The notes: a model not told the origin generated them from the letters alone. DNA of 64,000 nt from a bacterium (GCA_963681965.1 OY820579.1:2208001-2272000); one strand, 5' to 3'; shown: positions 50,438 to 61,140, counted from the first letter of the stretch. Numbers and translations: made by a program.

Positions 50438-51490
50438 GTGACCGATTTTCTCTGGCTAATCGTCGAAAAAGCGATCTTCAGCGTCTGTTTGCTAGGCTTC
50501 ATCATGGGCTTTGCATCCTATGCGACGCTGGCAGAGCGCCGAATCGCGAGCTGGATGCAGGATCGAATCGGACCGAATCGCGCTGGACCGTGGGGCTTGT
50601 TCCAACCGATCGCGGACGGCGTCAAGTTCTTCACCAAAGAGGATATCATCCCGGCGAATGTGCACAAAGCGTTTTATCTGCTCGCTCCGGGGATCGCCGC
50701 AATCCCGCCGCTGATGCTGGCTGCCGCGATTCCGTGGGGATATCAATTCGAGCTGTACGGTCGCGTGATTCAATTGCAGATGATCAATCTCAACATCGGA
50801 ATTCTCTATATTTTCGCCTTCGCCTCGATCGGCGTCTACGGCGTGATGTTGGGCGGTTGGGCATCGAATAATAAATTCTCGCTGATGGGCGGGCTGCGTG
50901 CCAGCAATCAGATGATCTCGTACGAATTGGCGCAGGGCACTGCTGTCGTCGGTGTCTTGATCCTTGCCGGAACACTGTCGCTGCAGGATATCGTGGTGCA
51001 ACAGGACACCGTCACCCGCTGGTTTGTCTGGCGACAACCGATAGGGTTCTTCCTGTTTTTTGTCACGTCGCTGGCAGAATGTGCGCGTGTTCCCTTTGAT
51101 CTTCCGGAAGCGGAAAATGAATTGGTCGGCGGATATCACACGGAATACAGTTCGATGAAATTCGGTCTGTTCCAGGTGTCGGAATACATCCACATGACGG
51201 TGACCGGCGGTTTGATTTCGGTGTTGTACTTCGGCGGTTGGCAAATCCCGTTCGTGCACATGACCGATCAACCGACGATTCTGATGGCGCTGCTCGGTTT
51301 CGGTGCGATGGTTGCGAAGACTGCGTTCTTTGTGTTTGTGTTCATGTGGTTGCGCTGGACACTGCCGCGCTTCCGCTACGATCAGTTGTTGCGTCTCGGC
51401 TGGAAAGTCTTGCTGGAAGCCGCATTCATCTGGGTAATTATCACTGCGATTTTAGTTTTGGCGTGGCCATTCTATACCACGTGGTTTTAG
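50438..51490 (+). CDS. nuoH: NADH-quinone oxidoreductase subunit H
   Basis: ERR...QDRIGPNR.G, QPIADGVK, GWASNNK, PFDLPEAE.ELV.GYHTEYS, PRFRYDQL. Confidence 0.97.
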   Translation: MTDFLWLIVEKAIFSVCLLGFIMGFASYATLAERRIASWMQDRIGPNRAGPWGLFQPIADGVKFFTKEDIIPANVHKAFYLLAPGIAAIPPLMLAAAIPWGYQFELYGRVIQLQMINLNIGILYIFAFASIGVYGVMLGGWASNNKFSLMGGLRASNQMISYELAQGTAVVGVLILAGTLSLQDIVVQQDTVTRWFVWRQPIGFFLFFVTSLAECARVPFDLPEAENELVGGYHTEYSSMKFGLFQVSEYIHMTVTGGLISVLYFGGWQIPFVHMTDQPTILMALLGFGAMVAKTAFFVFVFMWLRWTLPRFRYDQLLRLGWKVLLEAAFIWVIITAILVLAWPFYTTWF

Positions 51491-51494
51491 TATG

Positions 51495-51768
51495 GTCGGC
51501 GGGAGACACGTGTCCCGAGTAGTTTTGGAGGTGGGGTTTTAACCCCGCCAGATTTGAAATCTTTTTTCTGTCATTGCGAAGCCCCGCAGGGGCTGTGGCA
51601 ATTGATCTTTTTGATCTTGTAGTAGGGACGGATCCCCGTATCCGCCCGCTCTTTTGATCTTTTGTATTTTGTCATTTTTTCCGTAGGGGCGAATCGCATT
51701 CGCCCCAAGCGGCAGGCAGCGCCTGACGCAGTATTGTGGACACGGGCGATTCGCGAACCGCACCTACC
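51495..51768. repeat. REP-like hairpin mosaic (nuoH-nuoI)
   Basis: ggaggtggggttttaaccccgcc; tgtcattgcgaagccccgcaggggctgtggcaat; gtaggggcgaatcgcattcgcccc. Confidence 0.82.
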
Positions 51769-51793
51769 AAAATCGAAAGAATAAATATCGAAT

Positions 51794-52294
51794 ATGGCGA
51801 TCAAGGTTTCTGAAAATAAATGGAAAATGACGTGGGGAGAGCGTCTCTACATCGCGCCGATCTGGGCGGGGATGCGGGTCACGCTGCGCCATTTATTCAT
51901 GAAGAAATCTACCATCCCGTATCCGGAAGTAAAGGCGCCTGTATCGCCGCGCTGGCGCGGTCGGCACGTGTTGAAGCGCAACGAATTGGGTCAGGAACGC
52001 TGTGTCGGTTGTCAGATGTGCGAGCTGGCATGTCCTGCCGATGCGATCTATATCGAAGCGGCGGAAGTACCGCCGGAGAAGCGGCACGAACATCCGACCG
52101 AACGCTACGCGAAAGTATATGATATCGATATGTTGCGTTGTATCTTCTGCGGAATGTGCGAAGAGGCATGCCCGGAAGCGGCAATTTTCCTGACACCATT
52201 CTATGAAATTTGTGACGACAGCCGCGAGAAACTGATTTACCACAAGGAGATGCTGACCGAAAAAGTCGGCGGACCGATCTGGTATAAGTTATAG
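51794..52294 (+). CDS. nuoI: NADH-quinone oxidoreductase subunit I
   Basis: RCVGCQMCELACP, RCIFCGMCEEACP. Confidence 0.96.
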   Translation: MAIKVSENKWKMTWGERLYIAPIWAGMRVTLRHLFMKKSTIPYPEVKAPVSPRWRGRHVLKRNELGQERCVGCQMCELACPADAIYIEAAEVPPEKRHEHPTERYAKVYDIDMLRCIFCGMCEEACPEAAIFLTPFYEICDDSREKLIYHKEMLTEKVGGPIWYKL

Positions 52295-52720
52295 GTGTTG
52301 GGTGGTAGGTTGTGGGTGTTGGGCAGTAGGGGCAACCCACTGCGATCGCCCACCTTTGAAATCTTTTTTCCGTAGGGGCGTATCGCATTCGCCCCAAGCG
52401 GCAGGCAGCACCTGACGCAGATGTATATACGGAAGATAGAAGCGATGCGTGATCGCCTCTATCATAAAGAACCGGGCGTATGTTCTTCACCCGGAGGTGG
52501 GGCTTCAGCCCCGCCACAGCTTGTTCTTTTTTTATCTTGTATCCTGATTTGTCGTTGCGAGGACTGCAGCGAAGGAACGTGCGTAGCACTTCCGCAGCGG
52601 AAGGACGAAGCAATCTATTTTGTGATCTTTCCGTAGGTACAGACACTCTTGTCTGTACATGTCTGCCGAAGGCAGACACAACAAATGTGGTCGACCGACA
52701 GGAGTGTCTGTCGCTACGGA
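52295..52720. repeat. REP-like hairpin mosaic (nuoI-nuoJ)
   Basis: G-rich 7-mer tract, gtaggggcgtatcgcattcgcccc, one copy of the tandem-array unit, gtaggtacagacactcttgtctgtac pair. Confidence 0.82.
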
Positions 52721-52794
52721 AAAAAAACGGGCAATCAGTATTCGCCCACAGCGAACAAAATTCGCACTAATTATTGACGAGAACTATTGAAACA

Positions 52795-53349
52795 ATGAAT
52801 ATCGACTCAACCACCATCGTCTTTTCGATCTTATCCATCGTCGCGATCTTTTCCGCGATCATGGTGATCTCGCGCGCGAATCCGGTCGCGAGCGTATTGT
52901 GGTTGGTGTTGAATTTCTTTGCGCTGGCAGGCTTGTATGTCCTGCTCGGTGCGCATTTCCTCGCGGCGGTACAGATTATCGTATATGCCGGTGCGATCAT
53001 GGTGTTGTTCCTATTTGTGGTGATGATGCTGAACCTGAATACGATCGGTTCATTCGAACGCAGCGGACTCGCACTGCGTGTCGTGGGTGCGTTGATTGCC
53101 GGACTGATGTTGGTGATGATCGCGTTCATGGTGCGGCAGGATGTCAATTTCACGACGCCGGTTTCGCACACGCAATTTGCGATGGGAAGCGCCAAAGCGA
53201 TCGGACTCGTGCTCTTCGATCAGTGGACGTTGCCGTTCCAGATTGTCGGTGTCATGATGTTGGCAGCCATCATCGGTGTCGTGGCGTTGGTGAAGCGCGA
53301 GCATGTGTCGAAGCCGCTCAGCGATCCTAGCGGAGGATCGGAACAATGA
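52795..53349 (+). CDS. nuoJ: NADH-quinone oxidoreductase subunit J
   Basis: [31 protein letters not shown]. Confidence 0.96.
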   Translation: MNIDSTTIVFSILSIVAIFSAIMVISRANPVASVLWLVLNFFALAGLYVLLGAHFLAAVQIIVYAGAIMVLFLFVVMMLNLNTIGSFERSGLALRVVGALIAGLMLVMIAFMVRQDVNFTTPVSHTQFAMGSAKAIGLVLFDQWTLPFQIVGVMMLAAIIGVVALVKREHVSKPLSDPSGGSEQ

Positions 53350-53657
53350 CCGGACCCATCGGACTGGAACACTATCTGGTATTGTCTGCGGTGTTGTTCT
53401 TTATCGGCGTTGCCGGTGTGCTGACACGACGCAATGCCATCATCATTTTTATGTCGGTCGAATTGATGCTCAATAGCGTCAATCTGACGCTGGTTGCGTT
53501 TTCATCGTATCTGAAAAGCCCGACCGGACAGGTCTTTGCCTTTTTCGTGATTGCAGTTGCCGCCGCGGAAGTCGCCATCGGACTCGCAATCATTATTACC
53601 GTCTATCGCAATCGCAAGTCGATTCATATCGACGATGTGAATCTGTTGAAAGAATAA
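53346..53657 (+). CDS. nuoK: NADH-quinone oxidoreductase subunit K
   Basis: [27 protein letters not shown]. Confidence 0.97.
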   Translation: MTGPIGLEHYLVLSAVLFFIGVAGVLTRRNAIIIFMSVELMLNSVNLTLVAFSSYLKSPTGQVFAFFVIAVAAAEVAIGLAIIITVYRNRKSIHIDDVNLLKE

Positions 53658-53667
53658 TTTTTGGTGT

Positions 53668-53852
53668 TTTCCGTAGGGGCGTATGGCATACGCCCTGAGC
53701 GGCAGGCAACGCCTGACGCAGGTCTTTAAAAAATTGAAGATGCGGGCGGTTCGCGAACCGCCCCTACCATGAAAAATGATTTGGGCGTATGCCATACGCC
53801 CCTACGGAAAGATAGATTGCCACAGCCCCTACGGGGCTTCGCAATGACAAAT
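53668..53852. repeat. REP-like hairpin mosaic / REPIN (nuoK-nuoL)
   Basis: tttccgtaggggcgtatggcatacgccc ... gggcgtatgccatacgcccctacggaaa perfect inverted ends. Confidence 0.88.
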
Positions 53853-53893
53853 AATTCATCAACAACTCGAAACCAGGAATCGTCTGTAACGTA

Positions 53894-55882
53894 ATGGAAA
53901 CTGCCGTTAACACTGCCAACTGGAATTATTTGATCCTCATCCCGCTGCTTCCGCTCGCGGGCGTGTTGATCAATCTCCTGTGCTACAAAGCGAAATTGCC
54001 CGAGAAAGCAGTCGGCTGGTTCGCTTCATTGACAGTACTTTCCAGTTTCGCATTGTCGCTGATGGCATTCATCCAACTTCGCGCATTGACACCCGAACAT
54101 CGTTCGATCGAAGTCGTCTTCCTGAAATGGATCGAAGTCGGTTCGCTCCATCTCGATTGGGCAATCCTGCTCGATCCTCTCTCGTCGCTGATGATGCTGA
54201 TCATCACCGGTGTCGGCGGTGTGATCCATATTTACTCCATCGGCTATATGCACGGCGACAAGAGCTTCAGCCGCTTCTTCATCTATCTCAATCTATTCGT
54301 CTTCTTCATGCTCTGGTTGGTGATGGGTAACTCCTTCGCCACCATGTTCATCGGTTGGGAAGGGGTCGGGCTCTGTAGCTACCTGCTCATCGGTTTCTGG
54401 TTCACCGATATGGCGAAAGCGAGTGCCGGAAAGAAAGCATTCGTCGTCAATCGCATCGGCGACTGGGGCTTTTTGCTGGCAATGCTGCTGCTATTCACGA
54501 CATTCGGTTCGCTGCAATTCACCAAAGTGTTACCCGCTGCATTCGAGCAATATCCCAATGGCGCTCCGGTTATCACCGCGATCGCGCTGTTGTTCTTTGT
54601 CGGTGCTTGCGGTAAGTCGGCTCAGATTCCGCTCTACATCTGGCTCCCCGACGCCATGGCAGGTCCCACGCCGGTTTCTGCCTTGATCCATGCCGCCACG
54701 ATGGTTACCGCCGGTGTCTATATGGTAGCGCGTGCCAATATCCTCTTTTCGCTGTCGCCGATTGCGATGCAGACGGTTGCAACGATCGGAGCGCTGACTG
54801 CGCTGTTTGCCGCGACGATCGGTTTGCGGCAGTGGGATATCAAGAAAGTGCTCGCCTATTCCACCGTGTCCCAGCTCGGATTCATGTTCCTCGGTGCCGG
54901 CGTCGGTGCCTATGAGACCGGTATCGCGCATGTTATGACGCATGCGTTCTTCAAAGCCTGTTTGTTCCTCGGTTCCGGTGCCGTCATTCACGCAATGGAG
55001 CATGCGTTCCATCACAGCAACGTGCACCTCGATCCGCAGGATATTCGCTATATGGGTGGGTTGCGCAAAAAGATTCCACTCACCTTCTGGACATTTTTGG
55101 TTGCGACGGTCGCAATTGCCGGTATCCCCGGATTCGCGGGCTTCTTCAGCAAGGACGAAATTCTTTGGAAGACCTATGCCAGCGGTCATGTGGTGCTCTG
55201 GATTATCGCCACAATCACTGCCGGACTGACCGCATTTTACATGTTCCGGCTCGTCTTCCTGACTTTCTTCGGCACTTTCCGGGGTGGCGCCGACGTCGAA
55301 CCGCACGTCAAGGAAGTATCGCCACTGATGACCGGTGTCCTGATCGTGTTGGCATTCTTCTCGGTCTTTGGTGGTCATTTGGCAATTCCCGAATCGCTTG
55401 GTGGTCATTTCGTTATCGGCGAGTGGTTGGAACCGGTCGTAGCGAATTCCCGCTCGCTGGCAACGCTCGCATTCTATAAAGAGCACCATCCATTATCGTT
55501 GGAACTCGGCTTGATGGCGCTTTCCGTCGTCGTCGCACTGATCGGTATCGGCATCGCCGCGCTGCTCTACTGGCGTAAGAAGCAGGATCGCGAAGTATTG
55601 CTCCGCCGCGCTACCGGCTATGCCAATGTGCTGGAAAATAAATATTGGGTCGATGAGATCTACGAAATGCTTATCGTCAAACCGCTCTACAATCTGTCGG
55701 TGTTCTTCTGGAAAGTTGCCGACGGGATGGCGATCGACGGATTCATCAACGGTACCGGTCGCTTGGTCGATGCGATCGGCGGTAGTTTGCGCCGGCTTCA
55801 AACCGGATTTATTTCCAATTACGCTTTACTCATGTCGGTCGCGATCGCATTTGTCGTCGGCTGGATGTTGTTCGGACGCTAG
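53894..55882 (+). CDS. nuoL: NADH-quinone oxidoreductase subunit L
   Basis: GWEGVGLCSYLLIGFW, GKSAQIPL..WLPDAMAGPTPVSALIHAATMV, HAFFKA. Confidence 0.98.
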   Translation: METAVNTANWNYLILIPLLPLAGVLINLLCYKAKLPEKAVGWFASLTVLSSFALSLMAFIQLRALTPEHRSIEVVFLKWIEVGSLHLDWAILLDPLSSLMMLIITGVGGVIHIYSIGYMHGDKSFSRFFIYLNLFVFFMLWLVMGNSFATMFIGWEGVGLCSYLLIGFWFTDMAKASAGKKAFVVNRIGDWGFLLAMLLLFTTFGSLQFTKVLPAAFEQYPNGAPVITAIALLFFVGACGKSAQIPLYIWLPDAMAGPTPVSALIHAATMVTAGVYMVARANILFSLSPIAMQTVATIGALTALFAATIGLRQWDIKKVLAYSTVSQLGFMFLGAGVGAYETGIAHVMTHAFFKACLFLGSGAVIHAMEHAFHHSNVHLDPQDIRYMGGLRKKIPLTFWTFLVATVAIAGIPGFAGFFSKDEILWKTYASGHVVLWIIATITAGLTAFYMFRLVFLTFFGTFRGGADVEPHVKEVSPLMTGVLIVLAFFSVFGGHLAIPESLGGHFVIGEWLEPVVANSRSLATLAFYKEHHPLSLELGLMALSVVVALIGIGIAALLYWRKKQDREVLLRRATGYANVLENKYWVDEIYEMLIVKPLYNLSVFFWKVADGMAIDGFINGTGRLVDAIGGSLRRLQTGFISNYALLMSVAIAFVVGWMLFGR

Positions 55883-55896
55883 GGGTGTACTAAAGC

Positions 55897-57399
55897 ATGA
55901 TGCCGTTACTCAGTACACTGATTATGATCCCGCTGATTGGCGCAGTAGCCATGCTGCTCCTGCCTCGACGCGCCGAAACACTCCAGCGCGGGGTTGCGTT
56001 CCTGACCACCGCAGTGACCTTTGCACTGAGTCTGGGTCTCTGGTTCGGTTTCGATCGGAATACGCCCGGCTATCAGTTTATGGAGCGCTTCGAGTGGATT
56101 CCGTCACTTGGTATCACTTACATCGTCGGTATCGACGGTATCAGCCTCCTGCTGATCCTGCTAACCACGCTGCTGATGCCGATCTGCATCCTCGCGTCGT
56201 GGGATCCGATCAAGACCCGCATCAAAGAATATTATTTCAGCTTCCTGCTGCTTGAAGCCGCCATGATCGGCGTGTTTGCCGCACTCGACCTGTTCCTGTT
56301 CTATGTCTTCTGGGAATCGGTATTGATCCCGATGTACTTCCTGATCGGTATCTGGGGTGGTAAAAATCGGCTTTATGCCGCCATCAAGTTCTTCTTGTAC
56401 ACGTTGGTCGGCAGTTTGCTGATGTTGATCGGAATTCTGTATCTCTATTTCAATTACGGGCACACCTTCGATCTGATTCATCTGTCTGCGATGTTGAAGC
56501 AACACCCGATTGCGTCGAATGTACAAATCTGGTTGTTTGCCGCATTCTCACTCGCATTCGCAATCAAAGTCCCGATGTTCCCATTCCACACTTGGTTGCC
56601 GGATGCGCACACCGAAGCGCCGACAGCCGGTTCGATCATTCTGGCTGGTGTCCTGTTGAAGATGGGTACTTACGGTTTCGTGCGATTCTCGATTCCGCTG
56701 TTTCCCGATGCCACTAGCGTACTATCGCCGATTGTGGTTATTCTAGCCATCATCGGAATTATCTACGGCGCGCTTGTCGCAATGGTGCAGACCGATATCA
56801 AACGTCTGGTCGCATATTCATCGGTGAGTCACCTCGGCTTCGTGATGCTCGGACTCTTTGCATTGAATCATCAGGGTCTTTCCGGTGCCGTGCTGCAGAT
56901 GGTCAATCACGGACTTTCCACTGGCGCCCTGTTTTTATTGGTCGGTGTTATTTACGAACGGCGCCATACCCGCGATATCGAAGCCTACGGCGGTATTGCC
57001 GCATCGATACCGGTATTCTCGACGATCTTCTTGATTGTCACCATGTCGAGTATCGGTTTGCCGACTCTGAACGGCTTTGTCGGCGAATTTCTAATCCTGA
57101 ATGGTGCCATGCAGGCGAGTTGGCAGTGGACGGCATGGGCTGCCACCGGCGTGATTCTCAGTGCGATTTACATGCTATGGATGGTCCAGCGAGTATTCTT
57201 CGGACCGATCAAGCATGAAGAAAATCGCAATCTGAAAGATATGAATTGGAAGGAATTGGCTGCGGTGATTCCGCTACTGATCTTCATTGTGTGGATCGGT
57301 ATTTATCCCGATACCTTCTTAAAAGTGTTGGATCTCCCGGTCGCGGATTTACTCTCGAACCGCACCGGAATTCATTTACAAACTTTATTACTGAAATAG
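55897..57399 (+). CDS. nuoM: NADH-quinone oxidoreductase subunit M
   Basis: DGIS, FYVFWE, KVPMFPFHTWLPDAHTEAPT, AYSSVSHLG, GFVGEF. Confidence 0.98.
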   Translation: MMPLLSTLIMIPLIGAVAMLLLPRRAETLQRGVAFLTTAVTFALSLGLWFGFDRNTPGYQFMERFEWIPSLGITYIVGIDGISLLLILLTTLLMPICILASWDPIKTRIKEYYFSFLLLEAAMIGVFAALDLFLFYVFWESVLIPMYFLIGIWGGKNRLYAAIKFFLYTLVGSLLMLIGILYLYFNYGHTFDLIHLSAMLKQHPIASNVQIWLFAAFSLAFAIKVPMFPFHTWLPDAHTEAPTAGSIILAGVLLKMGTYGFVRFSIPLFPDATSVLSPIVVILAIIGIIYGALVAMVQTDIKRLVAYSSVSHLGFVMLGLFALNHQGLSGAVLQMVNHGLSTGALFLLVGVIYERRHTRDIEAYGGIAASIPVFSTIFLIVTMSSIGLPTLNGFVGEFLILNGAMQASWQWTAWAATGVILSAIYMLWMVQRVFFGPIKHEENRNLKDMNWKELAAVIPLLIFIVWIGIYPDTFLKVLDLPVADLLSNRTGIHLQTLLLK

Positions 57400-57422
57400 T
57401 GCAACATTAGCGAAACAGATCG

Positions 57423-58874
57423 ATGACTGAAACACTACTCACGCAACTGACGACATTGGGTCCGACACTATGGATTGCGGCACTGGCTATGCTGGCGCTG
57501 GTGATCGATTTGATCGTTCCCAAACATGAGCGCGATATTAAATCAGTCGTGTTAGTCGGTCTCGCTCTGATTTTCCTCTTTACATTCAAGCGGGTTGGCA
57601 GTACCGGCGCTGCTTTCTACGGGTCGATCGTCCAAACCGATTTCACGACTTTCTTCGACTTGTTGTTTACCGCGATTGCCTTTTTTGTGATCATTCTTTC
57701 CGGCCCATATTTTCAGCGCACTGGTATGAAGCTGCTGGAAACGATGGTGCTGATGCTGTTTGCGACCTCCGGCGCTATGCTGATGACGCTCGCGAACGAC
57801 ATGCTCATTCTCTTCCTCGGTCTCGAATTGATGTCGATCTGTCTCTATGTACTGGCAGGAATGTTGCGAAATCGCGAGAAATCGAATGAAGGAGCGTTGA
57901 AATATTTCCTGTTGGGAGCATTTGCTACCGGGTTCTTCCTCTACGGTATCGCGCTGCTCTACGGTATCTCCGGTTCGACGTTGTATGGCGATATTTCCGC
58001 GTGGGTGCTGGGTCGCAATTTCTCGGTCGGTGGACTGTTCTGGGCAGGTATCGGATTATTGCTGATCGGATTTTTCTTCAAGACTGCGACAGTACCCTTC
58101 CATTTCTGGGCACCCGATGCCTACGAAGGGGCACCGACGCCCGTCACAGCATTTTTCAGTGCTACCCCGAAAGCCGCGGCATTCGCCGCTTTGATTAAAG
58201 TATTTGGCGTGGCGCTGCCGTCGGTGAATAGTGAAATATCCGATCTACTCGCGCTGTTTGCCATTCTGACGATGATCATCGGGAACTTTGTCGCGCTGCA
58301 ACAATCTTCGGTCAAACGCATGTTGGCATATTCGTCGATTGCCCATGCCGGTTATTTACTGGTTGCAGTGGTCTCGGCAAGCAGCGACGGCTATTCCGCA
58401 CTGATGCTGTATCTCGCGGCGTATGCGGCTACCAATCTGGGTGCCTTCACCATTGCCTATCTGGTGAATCGCAAGAACGAAGGAAATTATAGTTTCGATA
58501 ATTTCAACGGTCTGGGTGCGAAACATCCCTATTATGCCATGATGATGGCGATCTTTATGATCTCGCTGGCGGGTATTCCCCCGACTGGTGGATTCATGGG
58601 GAAATACTACATCTTCTTTGCCGCGGTTCGTAGCGGTCACCTCTATTTGGCGATCGCGATGGCGCTGATTTCGGTTGTGTCGGTGTATTATTATCTTCGT
58701 GTGATTGTCCACATGTACATGAAACCGGCAGCAGAGAATTACGAATCGATCGACACGAACAAGGTGGTGGGGATTGCGTTACTTGGATGTGTCGCAGTGA
58801 TCCTGCTGATCGGTGTCATGCCAGAGCCGTGGTTCCAGTGGCTGCAGGCGAGTGTCTGCGCCATCGGCATGTAA
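57423..58874 (+). CDS. nuoN: NADH-quinone oxidoreductase subunit N
   Basis: EGALKYFLLG, PFHFWAPDAYEGAPT, KRMLAYSSIAHAGY, SLAGIPP. Confidence 0.97.
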   Translation: MTETLLTQLTTLGPTLWIAALAMLALVIDLIVPKHERDIKSVVLVGLALIFLFTFKRVGSTGAAFYGSIVQTDFTTFFDLLFTAIAFFVIILSGPYFQRTGMKLLETMVLMLFATSGAMLMTLANDMLILFLGLELMSICLYVLAGMLRNREKSNEGALKYFLLGAFATGFFLYGIALLYGISGSTLYGDISAWVLGRNFSVGGLFWAGIGLLLIGFFFKTATVPFHFWAPDAYEGAPTPVTAFFSATPKAAAFAALIKVFGVALPSVNSEISDLLALFAILTMIIGNFVALQQSSVKRMLAYSSIAHAGYLLVAVVSASSDGYSALMLYLAAYAATNLGAFTIAYLVNRKNEGNYSFDNFNGLGAKHPYYAMMMAIFMISLAGIPPTGGFMGKYYIFFAAVRSGHLYLAIAMALISVVSVYYYLRVIVHMYMKPAAENYESIDTNKVVGIALLGCVAVILLIGVMPEPWFQWLQASVCAIGM

Positions 58875-58881
58875 TTCATCT

Positions 58882-59253
58882 TTCCCAACACCCATCTTTT
58901 CGGTGGCGCAGGCCTCCGAGCCTGCGATTCGCTTCTTTTAAGTATGTCGGAATTTATTCCGACTCTTTTTTTTCTTTTGGCGGTTCGCGAACCGCCCGTT
59001 TTTCTTTCTTTTCCCACCTCCCAATACCTACCACCCACCACCCATCATTTCCGTAGGTCAGAACTTGTTCTGACCATCTCCGGTATCTTTTTCTGGTATC
59101 TAGACCTGTCATTGCATAGCCGACGTAGGCTGCTTTGGTAGCGGCGGACTTTAGTCCGCGTATTGATTTTTACAAGATTCTACAAGAATTGCGGACTAAA
59201 GTCCGCCACTACCAAAAGATGGGTGTTAGGGAATAGGTGGTGGTAATCGGGAA
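58882..59253. repeat. REP-like hairpin mosaic after nuoN with nested inverted repeats
   Basis: ggtagcggcggactttagtccgc ... gcggactaaagtccgccactacc pair; gtaggtcagaacttgttctgacc; outer ~22-bp inverted repeat. Confidence 0.8.
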
Positions 59254-59392
59254 AAGGTTAAAATAAGGGAGGGCGTATGCACCCACCCGTTCTTTTTATT
59301 TTTTATCCATAAATACACTTGATTTGTTTTGATCTTACCGGTAAATTACAACTGTTGTATATGTGATGTTATTCGACAATGATGAGGTGATT

Positions 59393-61129
59393 ATGAAAAC
59401 CAGCTTTCGAACTTTCCTGCTTCTGTTTATTACCCTTTCCTTATTCACACTTGTGAATGCACTACCCCTTTCCGGGGTGAAAACCGTTGGTGGTACCAAT
59501 CCTGACTTTCCCTCATTAACTGCTGCAATCGACTCGCTCAATGCGCTCGGCGTTGCCAACGGGGGTGTGACATTCATACTGCGTGGCGGAACCTATCGCG
59601 AGCATTCCCGTGTGATTGTTACACCGACGAATATCAATCGTCCGATTCACTTCACAGTCGAAGATGGTGCTGAAGTCGCAATTGAAATCGATTCGCTGCC
59701 AGGCGATACAATCGGATTTCAACTGCAAAGTCGTCATGTCACGATCGATGGCAGTTGGACGAACGATACGCTCGGACAACACCTCGCGATCGTAGGAACC
59801 AACTTACGCATCGGTGTGTGGTTCGCTAACGGTTCCGACTCGTCGATTGTGAAGAATTGTCGCATCACGCTACCGCGATCCATTACTCACGATCAGACAG
59901 AGGGAATCTGGGTCGGAGCATATGACTATTCAATAATTGATGGCATCCGAATTCGACAATGTGCTATCGAAGGGGGGCAGGATGGAATTCGAGTGATTGC
60001 GCATTCGTCATTCGCAATGAATGGTATTGAAATTTCGAATTGCGAAATTAGCAATTTTTATTGGAACGGAATTTGGTTATACGCTTACAGTTGCGCAAAG
60101 ATCTTCAATAACCGAATCTACCAAACAGTGGTGACTACCGAAGTTGGAATCGGCATCTATGGCGGCGACTCTTGTCAGATCGTTGCCAATAAAATTGGTC
60201 CATTGCTAAGCTCAGTACGCGTGATTGGAATTATCGACGGGTCGCACAATACAATTACCAATAATTTCATCAGGCTTGGTGATATGTCGAATTGCGCTGT
60301 GTACGGGATTCTAAGTCAGGTTGGTGCCGGGAATAAATACCTGTTTAATACGGTTGTAACGTTCGGAACTTCGCGGATCGATTCGATTTCTACCGGGAAT
60401 AGTACTTGTTTTTGGTCGACGGGATTTAATGTTGATTCGCTTTGGGGAAATATTTTCGTCAATACCCGCACGGGACCCGGTCAACACCACGATTGTCTCT
60501 ATATCGATACGGGACATGATCCGCGTTTCAGTAACTATAATCTCTTCTACACCGCTTACGATACGGTGCTCCGAAACTGCTTTCTCGAGCGGCACGATAC
60601 GGCACACTTTACCGGTTTCATTCATTCTGCGCGCTGGTTTCCGCGCGATTCCAATTCGATCTTCGGTCTTCCGGATTTTTCCTCCAATAACGATTTACAT
60701 CTTCGGCACGACACAACCTCAATCGTTCACCATCGTGCACCACGCCACTGGCTTGTACCGACCGATATCGACGGAGAACCACGTTCTGCGCCTTACTGCG
60801 ATATTGGTGCCGATGAATGGGATTCGGTGATGACTGCTATTTGGCAGAATACTACGACGTTGCCATTGCAGTTTTCTCTGCATCCGAATTATCCCAATCC
60901 GTTCAATTCATCGACCACGATCTCGTATGAATTGCCGCATGCAGCGAATGTCGAGATTAAATTGTTCGATCTGACGGGTCGCGAAGTATCAACGCTCGTG
61001 CAGCAATGGCAGGGAGCGGGGAGGTATCGCTTGCCATTCGCGGGTCGCAATTTATCGTCGGGAACCTATTTTGTCCGGATGCAAGCTGGTGAATTTGAGA
61101 AGACGCAGAAGATCGTGTTATTACGCTAA
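59393..61129 (+). CDS. Secreted right-handed beta-helix (pectate-lyase-fold-like) protein with T9SS type-A-like C-terminal domain
   Basis: GAGGTG RBS, signal peptide, LSG.KTVGG...F.SLTAAI, repeated GI/NN parallel beta-helix pattern, DIDGEPR...DIGADE, NYPNPFNSST tail. Confidence 0.82.
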   Translation: MKTSFRTFLLLFITLSLFTLVNALPLSGVKTVGGTNPDFPSLTAAIDSLNALGVANGGVTFILRGGTYREHSRVIVTPTNINRPIHFTVEDGAEVAIEIDSLPGDTIGFQLQSRHVTIDGSWTNDTLGQHLAIVGTNLRIGVWFANGSDSSIVKNCRITLPRSITHDQTEGIWVGAYDYSIIDGIRIRQCAIEGGQDGIRVIAHSSFAMNGIEISNCEISNFYWNGIWLYAYSCAKIFNNRIYQTVVTTEVGIGIYGGDSCQIVANKIGPLLSSVRVIGIIDGSHNTITNNFIRLGDMSNCAVYGILSQVGAGNKYLFNTVVTFGTSRIDSISTGNSTCFWSTGFNVDSLWGNIFVNTRTGPGQHHDCLYIDTGHDPRFSNYNLFYTAYDTVLRNCFLERHDTAHFTGFIHSARWFPRDSNSIFGLPDFSSNNDLHLRHDTTSIVHHRAPRHWLVPTDIDGEPRSAPYCDIGADEWDSVMTAIWQNTTTLPLQFSLHPNYPNPFNSSTTISYELPHAANVEIKLFDLTGREVSTLVQQWQGAGRYRLPFAGRNLSSGTYFVRMQAGEFEKTQKIVLLR

Positions 61130-61140
61130 TATTGTATTGT

